From: Eledone cirrhosa
Taxonomy: Eukaryota
NCBI GenBank assembly: GCA_964016885.1
Contig: OZ024754.1
Span: 34,100,001 to 34,164,000 of the forward strand
Length of the DNA: 64,000 bases
Direction of reading: 5' to 3'
In this document: piece after piece, positions 26,023 to 39,301 of the stretch
How positions within the stretch are numbered: position 1 is the stretch's first letter
Layout: each line of letters starts with the position of its first letter
Notes under the pieces: model-generated
The model's database searches: none
The model's input: the letters and a program-made list of their open reading frames with translations, nothing else
What the model was told of the DNA's origin: nothing
Position numbers and translations under genes: made by a program

Positions 26023-26105
26023 ACTTCCAACTAATTAGTTTCTGGAATGGAGTAAATATATTTTCCGAAGAAACATATTGAAAATCATTCCGTCATCAGG
26101 AAAGT
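26023..26105 (-). ncRNA. type I hammerhead ribozyme motif
   Basis: Minus strand ACTTTC-CTGATGA-C-GGAATG...CATTCC-A-GAAA-CTAATTAG-T-T-GGAAGT. Stem III ACTAATTAGT is a perfect palindrome; GUU site. Confidence 0.75.
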
Positions 26106-26419
26106 CTTGTGCCAAAAAGAAACAAAGCCTTGTGCCAAAAAGTAGAAACAATTATTATTGGTGGAATGGCAGAATCAGTAGAGTGACGGATAACATGCTT
26201 TGCGGCATGTAGTTGCATCCCTTTATATTCTGAGTTCAAATCCTGCTAAGGTTAACTATATATATATATATAAAACAAAGGTAATGTGGTAAGGAACCAG
26301 ATGGACCATAACGCACCAGAGTACTCAATACTTAGGGTAGTAGAGTGGGAAATAGGAAAATGTATGACTGAAATAGCCGTCGAAATGGCTTGAGCTCTGC
26401 CGTCGGGGTCATACTTTTT

Positions 26420-26457
<38 letters not shown>

Positions 26458-26838
26458 CACATACATATGTGTGTATGTATATATATGTATGTGTGTATAT
26501 ATATATACATATATTTTTAATGCGATGAAATACCAATGATGGTTGGAAAATCACTGACGAAGGACTATTTTTATCATATGTAACCCATGTGCAAACCACG
26601 CAGTATTCTTCTTTCTTCTCATGTTTTTTATATATATATATATATATATGTGCGTGTGTATGTATGTATATATATATATATATGTATGTACATTATCTTT
26701 GTCATTTTATCATCCACTTATGATGATATATTTATATATATATATATATATACACATACATACATACATTCATTCATTCATTCTAACAGGCATTCATATA
26801 TAACTTGACTGCTTTTTGGAGAAATCAACTTGTATCCA

Positions 26839-26897
<59 letters not shown>

Positions 26898-27039
26898 AAA
26901 TCATTATATATACACAAAGCATTATACACACCCAGCACACATACCTAACTACAATAGGTTATTTATTGCACTTAAGGTTATTTATTTGAATATTTGAATC
27001 AGGCAGAAATGTGTTGGGAGACTGAACTGTTCAGAAGTG

Positions 27040-27040
27040 T

Positions 27041-27087
<47 letters not shown>

Positions 27088-28610
27088 TATATATATAGTA
27101 TATATATATATATATATATATAAACTATATATATAGTTTATATATATATAGTTTATATAGATAGTTTATATATATAGTGTATATATATAGTGTATATATA
27201 TAGTGTATATATATAGTGTATATATATAGTGTATATATATAGTGTATATATATAGTTTATATATATAGTGTATATATATAGTGTATATATATATAGTGTA
27301 TATATATAGTGTATATATATAGTGTATATATATAGTGTATATATATAGTGTATATATATAGTTTATATATATAGTGTATATATATAGTGTATATATATAT
27401 AGTGTATATATATAGTGTATATATATAGTGTATATATATAGTGTATATATATAGTGTATATATATAGTGTATATATATAGTTTATATATATAGTGTATAT
27501 ATATAGTGTATATATATAGTGTATATATATAGTGTATATATATAGTGTATATATATAGTGTATATATATAGTGTATATATATAGTTTATATATATAGTGT
27601 ATATATATAGTGTATATATATAGTGTATATATATAGTTTAGTGAAGGCGTGTGGCTGAGTGGTTAGAGAATTGGATTCGCAATCGTAAGGTTGTGAGTTC
27701 GATTCCTGGACCAGGCGATGCGTTATGTCCTTGAGCAAGACACTTTATTTCACATTGCTCCTTCTACCTGGAGTTGCGACCGATTGATAGTATTAGGAAT
27801 TGGAAAGACCAACGGAAACATTGCTCCCTCGGTCCGATTTGACGAAAGTCGATCGTTTATATATATAGTTTATATATATAGTTTATATATATAGTGTATA
27901 TATATATAGTGTGTATATATATATAGTATATATATATAGTGTATATATATAGTTTATATATATAGTTTATATATATAGTGTATATATATATAGTGTGTAT
28001 ATATATATAGTATATATATATAGTGTATATATATAGTGTATATATATAGTTTATATATATAGTGTATATATATAGTTTATATATATATAGTTTATATAGT
28101 GTATATATATAGTTTATATATATAAACTATATATATAGTTTATATATATATAGTTTATGTATGTAGTTTATATATATATAGTGTATATATATAGTTTATA
28201 TATATATAGTTTATGTATGTAGTTTATATATATAGTGTATATATATAGTTTATATATATAGCTTATATATATAGTGTATAAATATAGTTTATATATATAG
28301 TGTATATATATAGTTTATACATATATATAGTATATATATATAGTGTATATATATAGTGTATATATATAGTTTATATATATAGTGTATATATATAGTTTAT
28401 ATATATAGTGTATATATATAGTGTATATATATATATATATATAGTTTATATATATATAGTTTATATATATATAGTTTATATATATATAGTTTATATATAT
28501 ATAGTTTATACATCACACACACATATATATATATATATAATAGACCACACATAGATATATATATAATAGACCACACATACATATATATATATATATAATA
28601 GACCACACAC
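27040..28610. repeat. (TATATATAGTG/TT)n minisatellite with a SINE 5' fragment inserted at 27641-27770
   Basis: Directly visible. The insert has TGGCTGAGTGG and GAGTTCGATTC boxes. Confidence 0.9.
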
Positions 28611-30808
28611 GATGCTTTTGAAAGTAAGGAAGAGCAATTAGAATCGTACAATATAGAGGAACAGTGGGAATTCCTGAAAGCTAACCTGCTGAAGGCGACA
28701 GACGAAACCTGTGGCTGGAGCAGGCCTATAGGCAGGAGGAGAGTAACTTGGTGGTGGAACAGTAAGGTGGAGAAGTCAATCAAGGCCAAAAAGCAGGCTT
28801 GGAAAGCATGGCGGGATGGGGGAAGTAGAGAAGACTATCATGTGGCCGTGAGGGAAGCTAGGAGACAAGTGTACTTCGCAAGAAGGGAAGCAGAGGAAAG
28901 AAAGTTCAAGCATGTTCTACAACGCGAGGACCAAAAACGTGAGGTGTTCAGGATTGCTAGGCAATGTGTCAAGGAAAACAGTGATATTGTCGGGGAGAAG
29001 TGTGTCCTAAATGATGATGGTGTACTTGCCATCACTGACGCTGATAAGAAGGTAGCTTGGAAGTGTCACTACGAAAGGCTACTAAATGAGGAAAATAATT
29101 GGGAGAAAGACAGTCTCCTCCACATCGACCCAATAGAGGGACCAGCAGTGCAAGTTGAAGGTAGTATAATAAGTAAGGCAATCAAAGACATGAAGACGGG
29201 CAAGGCGGCTGGGCCTTCGGAAATAGTTGCCAAAATGCTGAAAGCATCTGGAATGGTGGGACACACTATGGTCACCCAGATAGTAAACCAAGTCATACAG
29301 AATGGGGTCGTTCCGAAGGACAGGCGCAGCAGCATCATCATTAACTGCTACAAGGGTAAAGGTGATGCCCGAGATAGGGGAAACTATAGAGGCATTAAAT
29401 TAATTGACCAGGTCATGAAGGTCACAGAAAAAGTAATAGCGCAACTAATCAGAGAGCGATTGATCTAGATGAAATGCAGTTCAGGTTTGTGTCAGGTAAA
29501 AGTACAACAGACGCTCTTTTCATTGTACGACAACTACAGGAGAAGTACCTAGCTAAAAGTAAACCCCTATACTTAGCTTTTGTTGACTTGGAGAAAACCT
29601 TTGACAGAGTACCCTGCTCGATTATCTGGTGGGCCCTTAGAAAACTAGGTGTTGATGAATGGCTTGTGAGAGCTATACATGCCATGTATAAAGAAACAGT
29701 CAGCAAGGTTAGAATTAACAACGAATATAGTAAAGAGTTTAGCGTAAAAGTTGGTGTTCATCAGGGCTCCGTCCTTAGCCCCCTACTATTTATTATTGCT
29801 CTTCAGGCTATAACAGAGGAGTTCAAGACCGGCTGCCCATGGGAACTCCTATATGCAGATGATCTAACGCTCATAGCTGAATCAATGGCTGAACTAGAGA
29901 AGAAATTCCAAACACGGAAGCATGGCCTAGAATCAAAAGGCCTTAAAGTTAACTTGTCTAAGACTAAAGTTCTAGTTTGTAGGAAGGAAAATAGGGCACC
30001 GGTCCCATCTGGGAAATGGCCATGCTCAGTGTGTAGGAAAGGAGTAGGTAGAAACTCCATTTTATGTCCCAAATGCAAAGTATGGGTACATAAAAGATGT
30101 AGTGGGATCACAGGTAAGCTAACTAAGAATATAGATTTTATATGTGGCCGGTGCTCTGGTGCAAAAAGTAGCAGCAAGTGCCCACAGAATACTAACTCAT
30201 TCCATTGCACAGATGGTTCTATAGAAATAGTGGACAGCTTCCGTTACCTGGCTGATAAAATCAGCAGTGGGGTAGGGTGCTCTGAAAGTACAGTAGCTAG
30301 AGTCAGAACGGGATGGAAAAAGTTCAGAGAGCTTATACCACTATTGGCCGCTAAAGGGTTCTCTCTAAAAATGAAAGGCAGGCTGTATGATGCCTGCATA
30401 CGAACAGCAATGTTACATGGCAGTGAGACCTGGGCATTGTGTGCAGAGGATATACGCAGACTGGAGAGAAACGAAGCTTGTATGCTCCGCTGGATGTGTA
30501 ATAGTAATATACGTGAACAGCAAAGCATAAACGAACTAAGGGTGAAATTAGAAATAAGAGGGATCAGATATTGTTTACTCGAGAGAAGACTACGTTGGTA
30601 TGGTCACGTGATGCGCATGAAAGACGACAGCTGTATAAAAAAGTGCAGGGCAATAAAAATAGACGGTAGCCACGGAGTAGGCAGACCCAGAAAAACCTGG
30701 CACGACTTGATAAATTCCGACCTCACACACTTACACCTCTCCAAGACAATGTCACTGGACCGAGAGCTTTGGCGCTACACAGTAATAGAGAAGACCCGCC
30801 TTACCTAA
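28611..30808 (+). pseudogene. RTE ORF remnant: reverse transcriptase with PHD-like finger, one frameshift near 29460, endonuclease domain missing
   Basis: TWWWN, GKAAGP, YKGKGD.RDRGNYRGIKL, FVDLEKTFDRV, GVHQGSVLSPLLF, YADD (29852-29863), LRWYGHVMR, GRPRKTW. Confidence 0.93.
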
Positions 30809-31163
30809 GTATAAAGTGAAACCTACTACAGTCAGTAGGCACCTCTAACAAAATACACCCCCGTCCCATCCACACCACCCCTTTCAATGTAAAGTTATGT
30901 TGGTGTCACAACATCCAGCCCGAAACAAATGAGGTCGTGTAGGTGTCACGACAAAAAAACACACAGTCCACGCTGTAATGTGGCCGTGTAGGTAACACGG
31001 TAAAAACCTCCCAGCCCCACACTGTAAATGTGGTTAGTGTTAGGAAGGGCATCCAGCTGTAGAAAACCCGCCAGATAGTCCTATGCAAGCAAGACAACCA
31101 CTCTTGCCTCAAGTGGGAAAACTCCCGTCCAAACCCATACAAGCGTGGAAGATGATGATGATG
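28611..31163 (+). mobile_element. 5'-truncated RTE-clade LINE (family A) with 13-bp target-site duplication
   Basis: RT homology, 3' UTR and (GAT)n tail. ATAATAGACCACA flanks both ends (28595-28607 and 31164-31176). Confidence 0.93.
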
Positions 31164-31179
31164 ATAATAGACCACATAT

Positions 31180-32372
31180 ACATGCACACATACACACACA
31201 CCCACACAAACAACCACACCTACATGCACACATATACACACACACACCAGCAACACCTACATGCACACACACACACACACTAACAACCACACCTACATGC
31301 ACACACACACACAAACAACCACACCTACATGCACACACACACACACTAACAACCACACCTACATGTACACACACACAAACAACCACACCTACATGCACAC
31401 ACACACACACTAACACACACACCTACATGCACACACACGCACATGCACACCAACAACCACACCTACATGCATACATACACGCATGCACACCAACAACCAC
31501 ACCTACATGCATACATACACGCATGCACACCAACAACCACACCTACATGCACACATACACACACACAAACAACCACACCTACATGCACACACACACACAC
31601 TAACACACACACCTACATGCACACACACGCACATGCACACCAACAACCACACCTACATGCATACATACACGCATGCACACCAACAACCACACCTACATGC
31701 ACACATACACACACACAAACAACCACACCTACATGCACACACACACACACTAACACACACACCTACATGCACACACACGCACATGCACACCAACAACCAC
31801 ACCTACATGCACACACACGCACATGCACACCAACAACCACACCTACATGCATACATACACGCATGCACACCAACAACCACACCTACATGCACACATACAC
31901 ACACACAAACAACCACACCTACATGCACACATACACACACACCAGCACACACACACCTACATGCACACATACACACACACACCAGCACACACACCTACAT
32001 ACACACACACCAGCACACACACACATACATGCACACACACAGACACACACACACCAGCACACACACACCTATATGCACACATACACACACACACACCAGC
32101 ACACACACACACCAGCACACACACCTAAATGCACACACACAGACACACACCTACATGCACACACACAGACACACACACACCAGCACACACACCTACATGC
32201 ACACACACACAGACACACACACACCTACATGCACACACACACACACACACACCAGCACACACACCTACATGCACACACACACATACATACACACACACAC
32301 ACCAGCACACACACCTACATGCACACACACAGACACACACACACAGACACACACACACACCTACATGCACAC
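31180..32372. repeat. CA-rich minisatellite (CACACCTACATGCACAC core)
   Basis: Directly visible. Confidence 0.9.
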
Positions 32373-32794
32373 CAACATAAAATATATGCGAGTGCTTCGT
32401 TCGATTCATAACTAAGTGCATTGTAACCATGAGCTGTGCTGTCTAATTGTAGGCATCTTTACGTTGTCAAGGCAACATAAGCAGGCAGCTCAGCCATTGC
32501 TCTCTCCCTCTCTCACTCTGCCCCTCCCTTTCTCTGCCTCCTCTCTCCCTCCCTCCCTCTCTCTGTGAACATGATTGATGACTGTGTTTGACATAAAACA
32601 GAAGTCTGAATCACAAGTCTACTGCAGCTGCTGCTGCTGTTGCTACTCTATATATTATGGAGTGGTGTTGCGGTGAGGGGGGGGGAGAGGTTTGCCTGTA
32701 GAAGAAGGACATCACACAGCAACAAGTAGCAATTGTGTGTAGAAGATACAAAAAAAAAAAAAAAAAAAAAAAACCCTTCTCCTTCGCCCACTTA

Positions 32795-33360
32795 TTTCTA
32801 AGACAATCATAGGGGCAGAGTCCTCAAGCATGCCTTCCAGTGGGTCTTGTCAGAAGCAACTGCCTCCAACTGATCTGGCTGGATCCCCAAGTAACACCAG
32901 CCAACCCCATGGATGTTATCCAACCATCTTGCTCTGGGTCTCCGGCCGGTTGGTTTTGCCCTTAACCCCTTAGCATTTACATTACTCTCTCTATATATAT
33001 TACGTTTGTATTTTTGTGGTAAAGGTTTTACCTCATATAATTATCTCACATAATATTGAATCTATGAGGTTTTGATATTATTCATTTTGAGAACAATACC
33101 TTACGAAAGTATGACTGGTCAGTTATAGCCAGTTTGAACAGAAAGAGGTGAGAGAATTCTGGCCGGTTATAACCGGTTTAAATGCTAAAGGGTTAAAATC
33201 TGTCCAGCGATTCTTTCCTAAGACATTCTAACCACATGCCCATAATATCGGAGTTGTCATCTCTCACTTCCGAAAAGTAACACCTCTCCCTGGAGCGACT
33301 CTGATCTCCGAGCTATGTATTCTATTGAGTAACATTACTCCAAAGACTTTTCAGTGGGGG
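32795..33360 (-). mobile_element. decayed RTE (Expander/REX3-like) 3' fragment interrupted by a MITE
   Basis: Minus strand encodes LRYYGHVVRM (about 33225-33254) and RPRARWLDNIHGVGWCYLGIQPDQLEAVASDKTHW. Confidence 0.7.
32962..33196. mobile_element. TTAA-flanked (piggyBac-like) MITE
   Basis: TTAA-CCCCTTAGCATTTA ... TAAATGCTAAAGGG-TTAA. Inverted second copy at 46759-46984. Confidence 0.75.
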
Positions 33361-34083
33361 GGTGAACTCCATTTCGGCTACTTTCATTCGCGATTATATT
33401 CTTTCAGTCGTTACCCAAGATTCAAACAATTATTAAAAATCTAACATAAGAATGATATATAAGAGACAGTCAATGACATCCAACCGGACATTACATCTCT
33501 CTCGTTTGTAGCCAGTCAGGAATATAAGTGGAATGTGACTTCTCAGTTGATATCAATCAATATTCTAATTCTGTTCTGACAACATTTACAGATAATATCT
33601 GTCTGTTTATCTGTTTGTCTAGTCCTCATGTTTAAACAATGTCCATCCAGTTGACTTTTCCAGTGTGTATTCAATCAATATCTAGAATGAACATTAGTAA
33701 AGTATATGAAGGCCTGAAATATGTGGTTAGGACTGTATGATTTGCCAAATTTGGAGGGTGAGTACGGTTTGGTTTAGCAGGAGACATGGGTACAGATTGG
33801 CATTCAGTTTAGGGTGTTTGCTGAGGGTTAATACTGTTATTGCTTCATTCAGTCTACTATTTACATTTACCATATTTCCCGGCGCTGAACACGCTTCGAA
33901 CTCAAGGATGCACCCTAATTTTGACAAGCAAAAATAAAAAAAATAAAATAACAACCTTCAGCCTCCAGGACCCATGGTAGATTTTTTAGACACATTTTGG
34001 GAAATACAGTATATGAAGGATTATGAAATATGTGTTTACGACTGTATAATAGTATGGTTTATATGAAGGATTGTGAAATATGT

Positions 34084-34705
34084 GTCATGTAGGTGTCACG
34101 ACAAAAAGTGCCCAGTCAATACTGTAAACTGGTCATGTAGGTGTCACGACAAAAAGTGCCCAGTCAATACTGTAAACTGGTCATGTAGGTGTCACGACAA
34201 AAAGTGCCCAGTCAATACTGTAAACTGGTCATGTAGGTGTCACGACAAAAAGTGCCCAGTCAATACTGTAAACTGGTCATGTAGGTGTCACGACAAAAAG
34301 TGCCCAGTCAATACTGTAAACTGGTCATGTAGGTGTCACGACAAAAAGTGCCCAGTCAATACTGTAGAGTGGTCATGTAGGTGTCACGACAAAAAGTGCC
34401 CAGTCAATACTGTAAACTGGTCATGTAGGTGTCACGACAAAAAGTGCCCAGTCCACACTGTAGAGTGGTCATGTAGCTGTCACGACAAAAAGTGCCCAGT
34501 CCACACTGTAGAGTGGTCATGTAGGTGTCACGACAAAAAGTGCCCAGTCAACACTGTAGAGTGGTCATGTAGGTGCCACGACAAAAAGTGCCCAGTCAAC
34601 ACTGTAGAGTGGTCATGTAGGTGTCACGACAAAAAGTGCCCAGTTCACAATGTAGAGTGGTCATGTAGGTGCCACGACAAAAAGTGCCCAGTCCACAATG
34701 TAAAT
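34084..34705 (+). repeat. 48-bp tandem repeat, about 13 copies, of a module found in RTE 3' UTR and SINE bodies
   Basis: GTCATGTAGGTGTCACGACAAAAAGTGCCCAGTC.. with period 48, followed by AAGAAGGGCATCCA. Confidence 0.92.
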
Positions 34706-35767
34706 GTCATTGCCATTAAGAAGGGCATCCAAGCCAAAATCAGTTCTGTACGAGCAAGACAGTCATCTGACTTAGCTTGTCTCACAATGGGACAGCTGAT
34801 GTAATCCATCTCTCTCGTCTGTCCCGTAGTCTGGTGGACCATTGGAGCTCCTCAGATGACCTAGAAACCAGTTCCTTCCATTCCTCTTGCTTCTCTACCA
34901 TCCGCATGGTTGCACCCAGCTTCATGTCTGTCCATTCCGGGAAGTTGTCCTCCCATCTCTTACTAGCGTGGGAAAATGGATGTTAAGTGGTGATGATGAT
35001 GGTAAGGGCTAATCCATAGAAGATAGTTCAATCCCTTAACTTTACTAAATAAAATATAGTTATATATAGTTATATATATATATAGTTATATATATATATA
35101 TTATCAAAGTAAATAAACTGTTTGAAATATTTCAAGTATTTTACAAAGCTCTATCAGTAGCTGAGGGGTCTCATGTAATGTAATGTAATATTTTCATATG
35201 TTTACTTATACTGATGTAAAGTTATATGCATGAAACCTTAAGAAGCCTTATTTATAAATAGAGTATTTCATTGTGCTATTTTTAACCACAAGGCAGCTAT
35301 CTCTGTATAACCCTTTCTTTGCCATGTTTCTGCCCAGCCCTTCTGTGTGTATGCACATGCACATGCGTGCATGTGTAGGGGATATTTATGTATTAGAAAA
35401 TTCAAATAAAAATTTGTTAGAAATATTTCCAAGGGAAATCATAACTAACACCAATGATGAGGCAGTAAAAAAAAAAGGGTTTTGTTGTCAAATAATCGCA
35501 CCAGATATTTTAACATCTCATTTATGTAGAATTTGAAGTTGGTAAAAAATTGACAAAATATTGACCTTGAATATAAGCCAATTTACCATTGATTTTTTTT
35601 TGTTTTTTTTGTTACATATTTCTCAACTTATATACAAGTATATACAGTAATAATTTTAGTAAATCCCTAAAGATTCTTCATTAATTAATTAAGATAGTTA
35701 AGGATAGTTAGTCCCACCCTTGCAAGCAGGGAAAAAGCGGACGTAAAATGAAATGAAATGAAATGAA

Positions 35768-35960
35768 GGGCAATGGATTGGCAGTATCAGTAGAGAGTCG
35801 GACACCATGCTTTGCAGCATAGAGTCACGGCCCTTTACGCTCTGAGTTCAAATCCCGCCGAGGTTAACTTTGCCTTTCATCCTTACGGGGGTCGATAAAA
35901 TAAAGTACCAGTAATGCACTGGGATAATTGCTGGCCTTGTGCCAAAAGTAGAAACAATTA
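35768..35960 (+). mobile_element. SINE family 2
   Basis: TGGCAGTATC.GTAGAG...GAGTTCAAATCCC...GCCTTTCATCCTTACGGGG.TCGATAAAATAAAGTACCAG. Confidence 0.8.
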
Positions 35961-36431
35961 ATTAAGATAGTATACATATATTTAGAAATACAGTCACAAA
36001 AGGGTTAAATTAAAAATCTTCTAACATAACTATATATAAAAACCATATCCTGTTATCTTATAATGAAATAATTGACAATTTTAGGAAAGCCTTCAAAATT
36101 CTTTGCTAATTAATTAATTGAAATAAGTGTATTTTATTTGAAATATGGCCATGGAAGGGTTAAAGGGTTTCTAGTTAAGTTAAAATCTTCCATCATGATT
36201 TTATTTAAGAACCATATGTTAAGTTACTATTTTAGCAATGAAATAATTAATAATTTTAGTATACCTCTCAAAATTTTTCATTAATTAATTGAAATAGAGT
36301 GTATTTAATTAAAAGTATGGTCATGAAAGGGTTAAAGGGTTTTATATAAGAACCATAAGTTAAGTTGCTATTTTAGCAATGAAATAATTTTAGTAAATCT
36401 CTCAAAATTCTTCATTAATTAATTGAAACAA

Positions 36432-36625
36432 GGGCGGTGGATTGGCAGTATCGGTAGAGTGTCGGACGCCATGCTTTCTAGCATAGTTACGTCCCTTTAC
36501 GATCTGAGTTCAAATCCCGCCGAGGTTGACTTTGCCTTTCATCCTTACGGGGTCGATAAAATAAAGTACCAGTAATACACTGGGTAATTGCTGGCCTTGT
36601 GCCTAAAGTAGAAACAATTAATTAA
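36432..36625 (+). mobile_element. SINE family 2
   Basis: Copy of 35768-35960; TTAATTAATTGAAACA duplicated on both sides. Confidence 0.82.
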
Positions 36626-36817
36626 TTGAAACAGTGGTAATCAATTAATTAATTGAAACAGTGTGCTCCATTAGAAATATGGTAATCAAAGAGATAATAT
36701 TGATATGTTTCTTAAAATTTCAATAACAGTTTATCTTATATAGATCAAGTGATATGTGATATAAAATAAACTTATGTTTATGTGGTTACATTAATAGTGT
36801 AAAGAAGATAATGTAGC

Positions 36818-37110
36818 TGTGGCACAATAGAGGTGCTACAGAAGTAGGGGAGATATGGTGGCACAATAGAGGTGCTACAGAAGTAGGGGAGATATGGTGG
36901 CACAATAGAGGAACTAAGGTAGTAGGAGGGGATATGGTGGCACAATAGAGGAGCTACAGAAGTAGGGGAGATATGGTGGCACAATAGAGGTGCTACAGAA
37001 GTAGGGAAGATATGGTGGCACAATAGAGGAACTAAGGTAGTAGGAGGGGATATGGTGGCACAATAGAGGAGCTACAGAAGTAGGGGAGATATGGTGGCAC
37101 AATAGAGGAT
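36818..37110. repeat. 39-bp minisatellite
   Basis: GATATGGTGGCACAATAGAGG..CTACAGAAGTAGGGGA repeated. Confidence 0.9.
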
Positions 37111-38505
37111 TATAATAGTGTGTGGCTTTTACGAGAAAGAGAGAGAGAGAGAGAGACCAGAGAGAGAGAGAGTACAGGGAGAGAGAGAGACCAGAGAGAG
37201 AGAGACCAGGGAGAGAGAGAGAGTACATGGAGAGAGCGACCAGAGGGAGAGAGAGAGAGAGAGCGACCAGAGGGAGAGAGAGAGAGAGACTATAGAGAGA
37301 GAGAGGACAGAGAGAGAGAGAGAGGTAGTGAGAGAAAGAGAGAGAGGTAGTGAGAGAAAGAGAGAGAGGTAGTGAGAGAAAGAGAGAGAGGTAGTGAGAG
37401 AAAGAGAGAGAGGTAGTGAGAGAAAGAGAGAGAGGTAGTGAGAGAAGTGTAACTATTAACAACTTAATGCCTGGCTTAAGGAGATAATCACCCCCCTCCC
37501 CCCCCAGTCATACGTAAGATAGGTTTCTTCACAAACATTAGACTGTCTGTGATACAGCATATATCAGCAGCATCACATTCCCATATACTCACATAAACAT
37601 ACATACATACACACACATACACACAGATATACACATACACATACACACACAGATATACACATACACATACACACAGATATATACATACATATACATACAC
37701 ATACAGATATACACATACACATACACACAGATATATACATACATATACATACACATACACACACAGATATATACATACACATACAGATATATACATACAT
37801 ACATACATACACAGATATATACATACACACACATACACAGATATATACATACATATACAGATATTTACATACATATACATACACAGATATATACATACAC
37901 ACACATACACACACAGACATATACATACATATACACAGATATATACATATATACACACACATACACACATACATATACACACACAGATATATACATACAT
38001 ACATACAGTATACACACACATAGATATATGCATACTTATACACACACACACACATATATATATATATATGTACACACACACTCATACATAGATATATACA
38101 TATGTATACACACACACATACATAGATATATACATACGTATACACACACACATACAGATATATACATACACACACACACACAGACATATGTATGCACACA
38201 CATACATAGATATATACATACTTGTATGCATACACATACATATGCACACACACACACATACATATACATACACACACAGACACATATGTATGCACACACA
38301 TACATAGATATATACATACTTATGCACACACATATGTATGCATACACATACATATGCACACACAGATACAGAATTATATATATATATATATACACACAAT
38401 TACATGCATACACATACATACATACATGTGTGATTAATTTACTCCTAAATAGATACACAGATGTCCATTTAGTTAGATAAACAGAGTATATATATAAATA
38501 TGTAA

Positions 38506-38536
<31 letters not shown>

Positions 38537-38732
38537 CGTGTGCGTGCGTACATTATATATATATATGTATATACCTTATATATCTGTGTGTGAGCTATTA
38601 TTTTTATGTAGTCATTTCCTTTGCAAAACATTAAAATCTTTAGCAAAATAATAAGGAACATTTGTTAATGTTTTGAGGTTTACATAGTATATTACCCCCT
38701 TAAATATATATATTTAAGGGGGTAATATAAAA

Positions 38733-39012
38733 CTCAGAGCTGTATGGGAGCATCCCAAAAGTCAGCTCAAAAGTGACACAGAGGAGACTGAGGTTGGCTG
38801 GACATGCTCACCGACATCCAGAGTTGACATTGCACTCAGTGCTCCTTTGGGAGCCCCTACATGGACACACTAGAAGAGGAAGACCAAGGTTAACATATGT
38901 TGATGCCCTAAGGACTGGTCTGTTGGAGATGCAGGATATGGCAGCGATAATGAGGGACAGAGACCGCTGGAGAGAACTCGTCCATGGATCTCGGGAATTT
39001 TACCCGCCTTAG
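38733..39012 (+). mobile_element. 3' fragment of a further RTE-like LINE family
   Basis: ELYGSIPKVSSKVTQRRLRLAGHAHRHPE...LLWEPLHGHTRRGRPRLTYVDAL...MRDRDRWR. Confidence 0.8.
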
Positions 39013-39080
39013 ATAGATATATATATATATATATATACGATATTAAACAAATGGAAACTATATTTATAAAACCATATTTA

Positions 39081-39142
39081 TTTCATTATACATATTTCGG
39101 GGATACCATATTAAAAATATGGCATGCCTTCGTCAGATAAAA
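39081..39142 (-). ncRNA. type I hammerhead ribozyme motif
   Basis: Minus strand TTTTAT-CTGACGA-AGGC-ATGCCATAT(tttta)ATATGGTAT-CCCC-GAAA-TATGTAT-A-ATGAAA. Same scaffold as 60715-60776. Confidence 0.75.
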
Positions 39143-39254
39143 TACAATATATAAACAGTTTTATAAATAATTTTGACGTACCATAAATATGAGCAACCAT
39201 TATGTAGGAAGCTGGTTTGTGTATATATATATATATATATATATATAGGAATGG

Positions 39255-39301
39255 TTTCTACAGAACTAGAACTGTTTCATTCAAAGGAAATCATCAAGAA
39301 A
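39255..39301 (-). ncRNA. hammerhead motif with one core mutation
   Basis: Minus strand TTTC-TTGATGA-TTTCCTTTGAAT-GAAACAG(ttctagtt)CTGT-A-GAAA. Sister copy at 61037-61081. Confidence 0.5.

Noticed and set aside
26281-26350. Pistol ribozyme similarity of block A
   Set aside because: Only the first hairpin resembles it; pseudoknot and conserved linker are not found.
26555-26620. Hammerhead at CTGACGA (26560)
   Set aside because: No downstream GAAA or paired stems.
28611-30808. Active autonomous retrotransposon or host RT gene
   Set aside because: 5'-truncated (no endonuclease) and frameshifted near 29460.
34073-34804. Metallothionein-like or zinc-binding repeat protein
   Set aside because: 48-bp retroposon-derived tandem repeat, also present inverted at 48205; non-ATG start and no gene structure.
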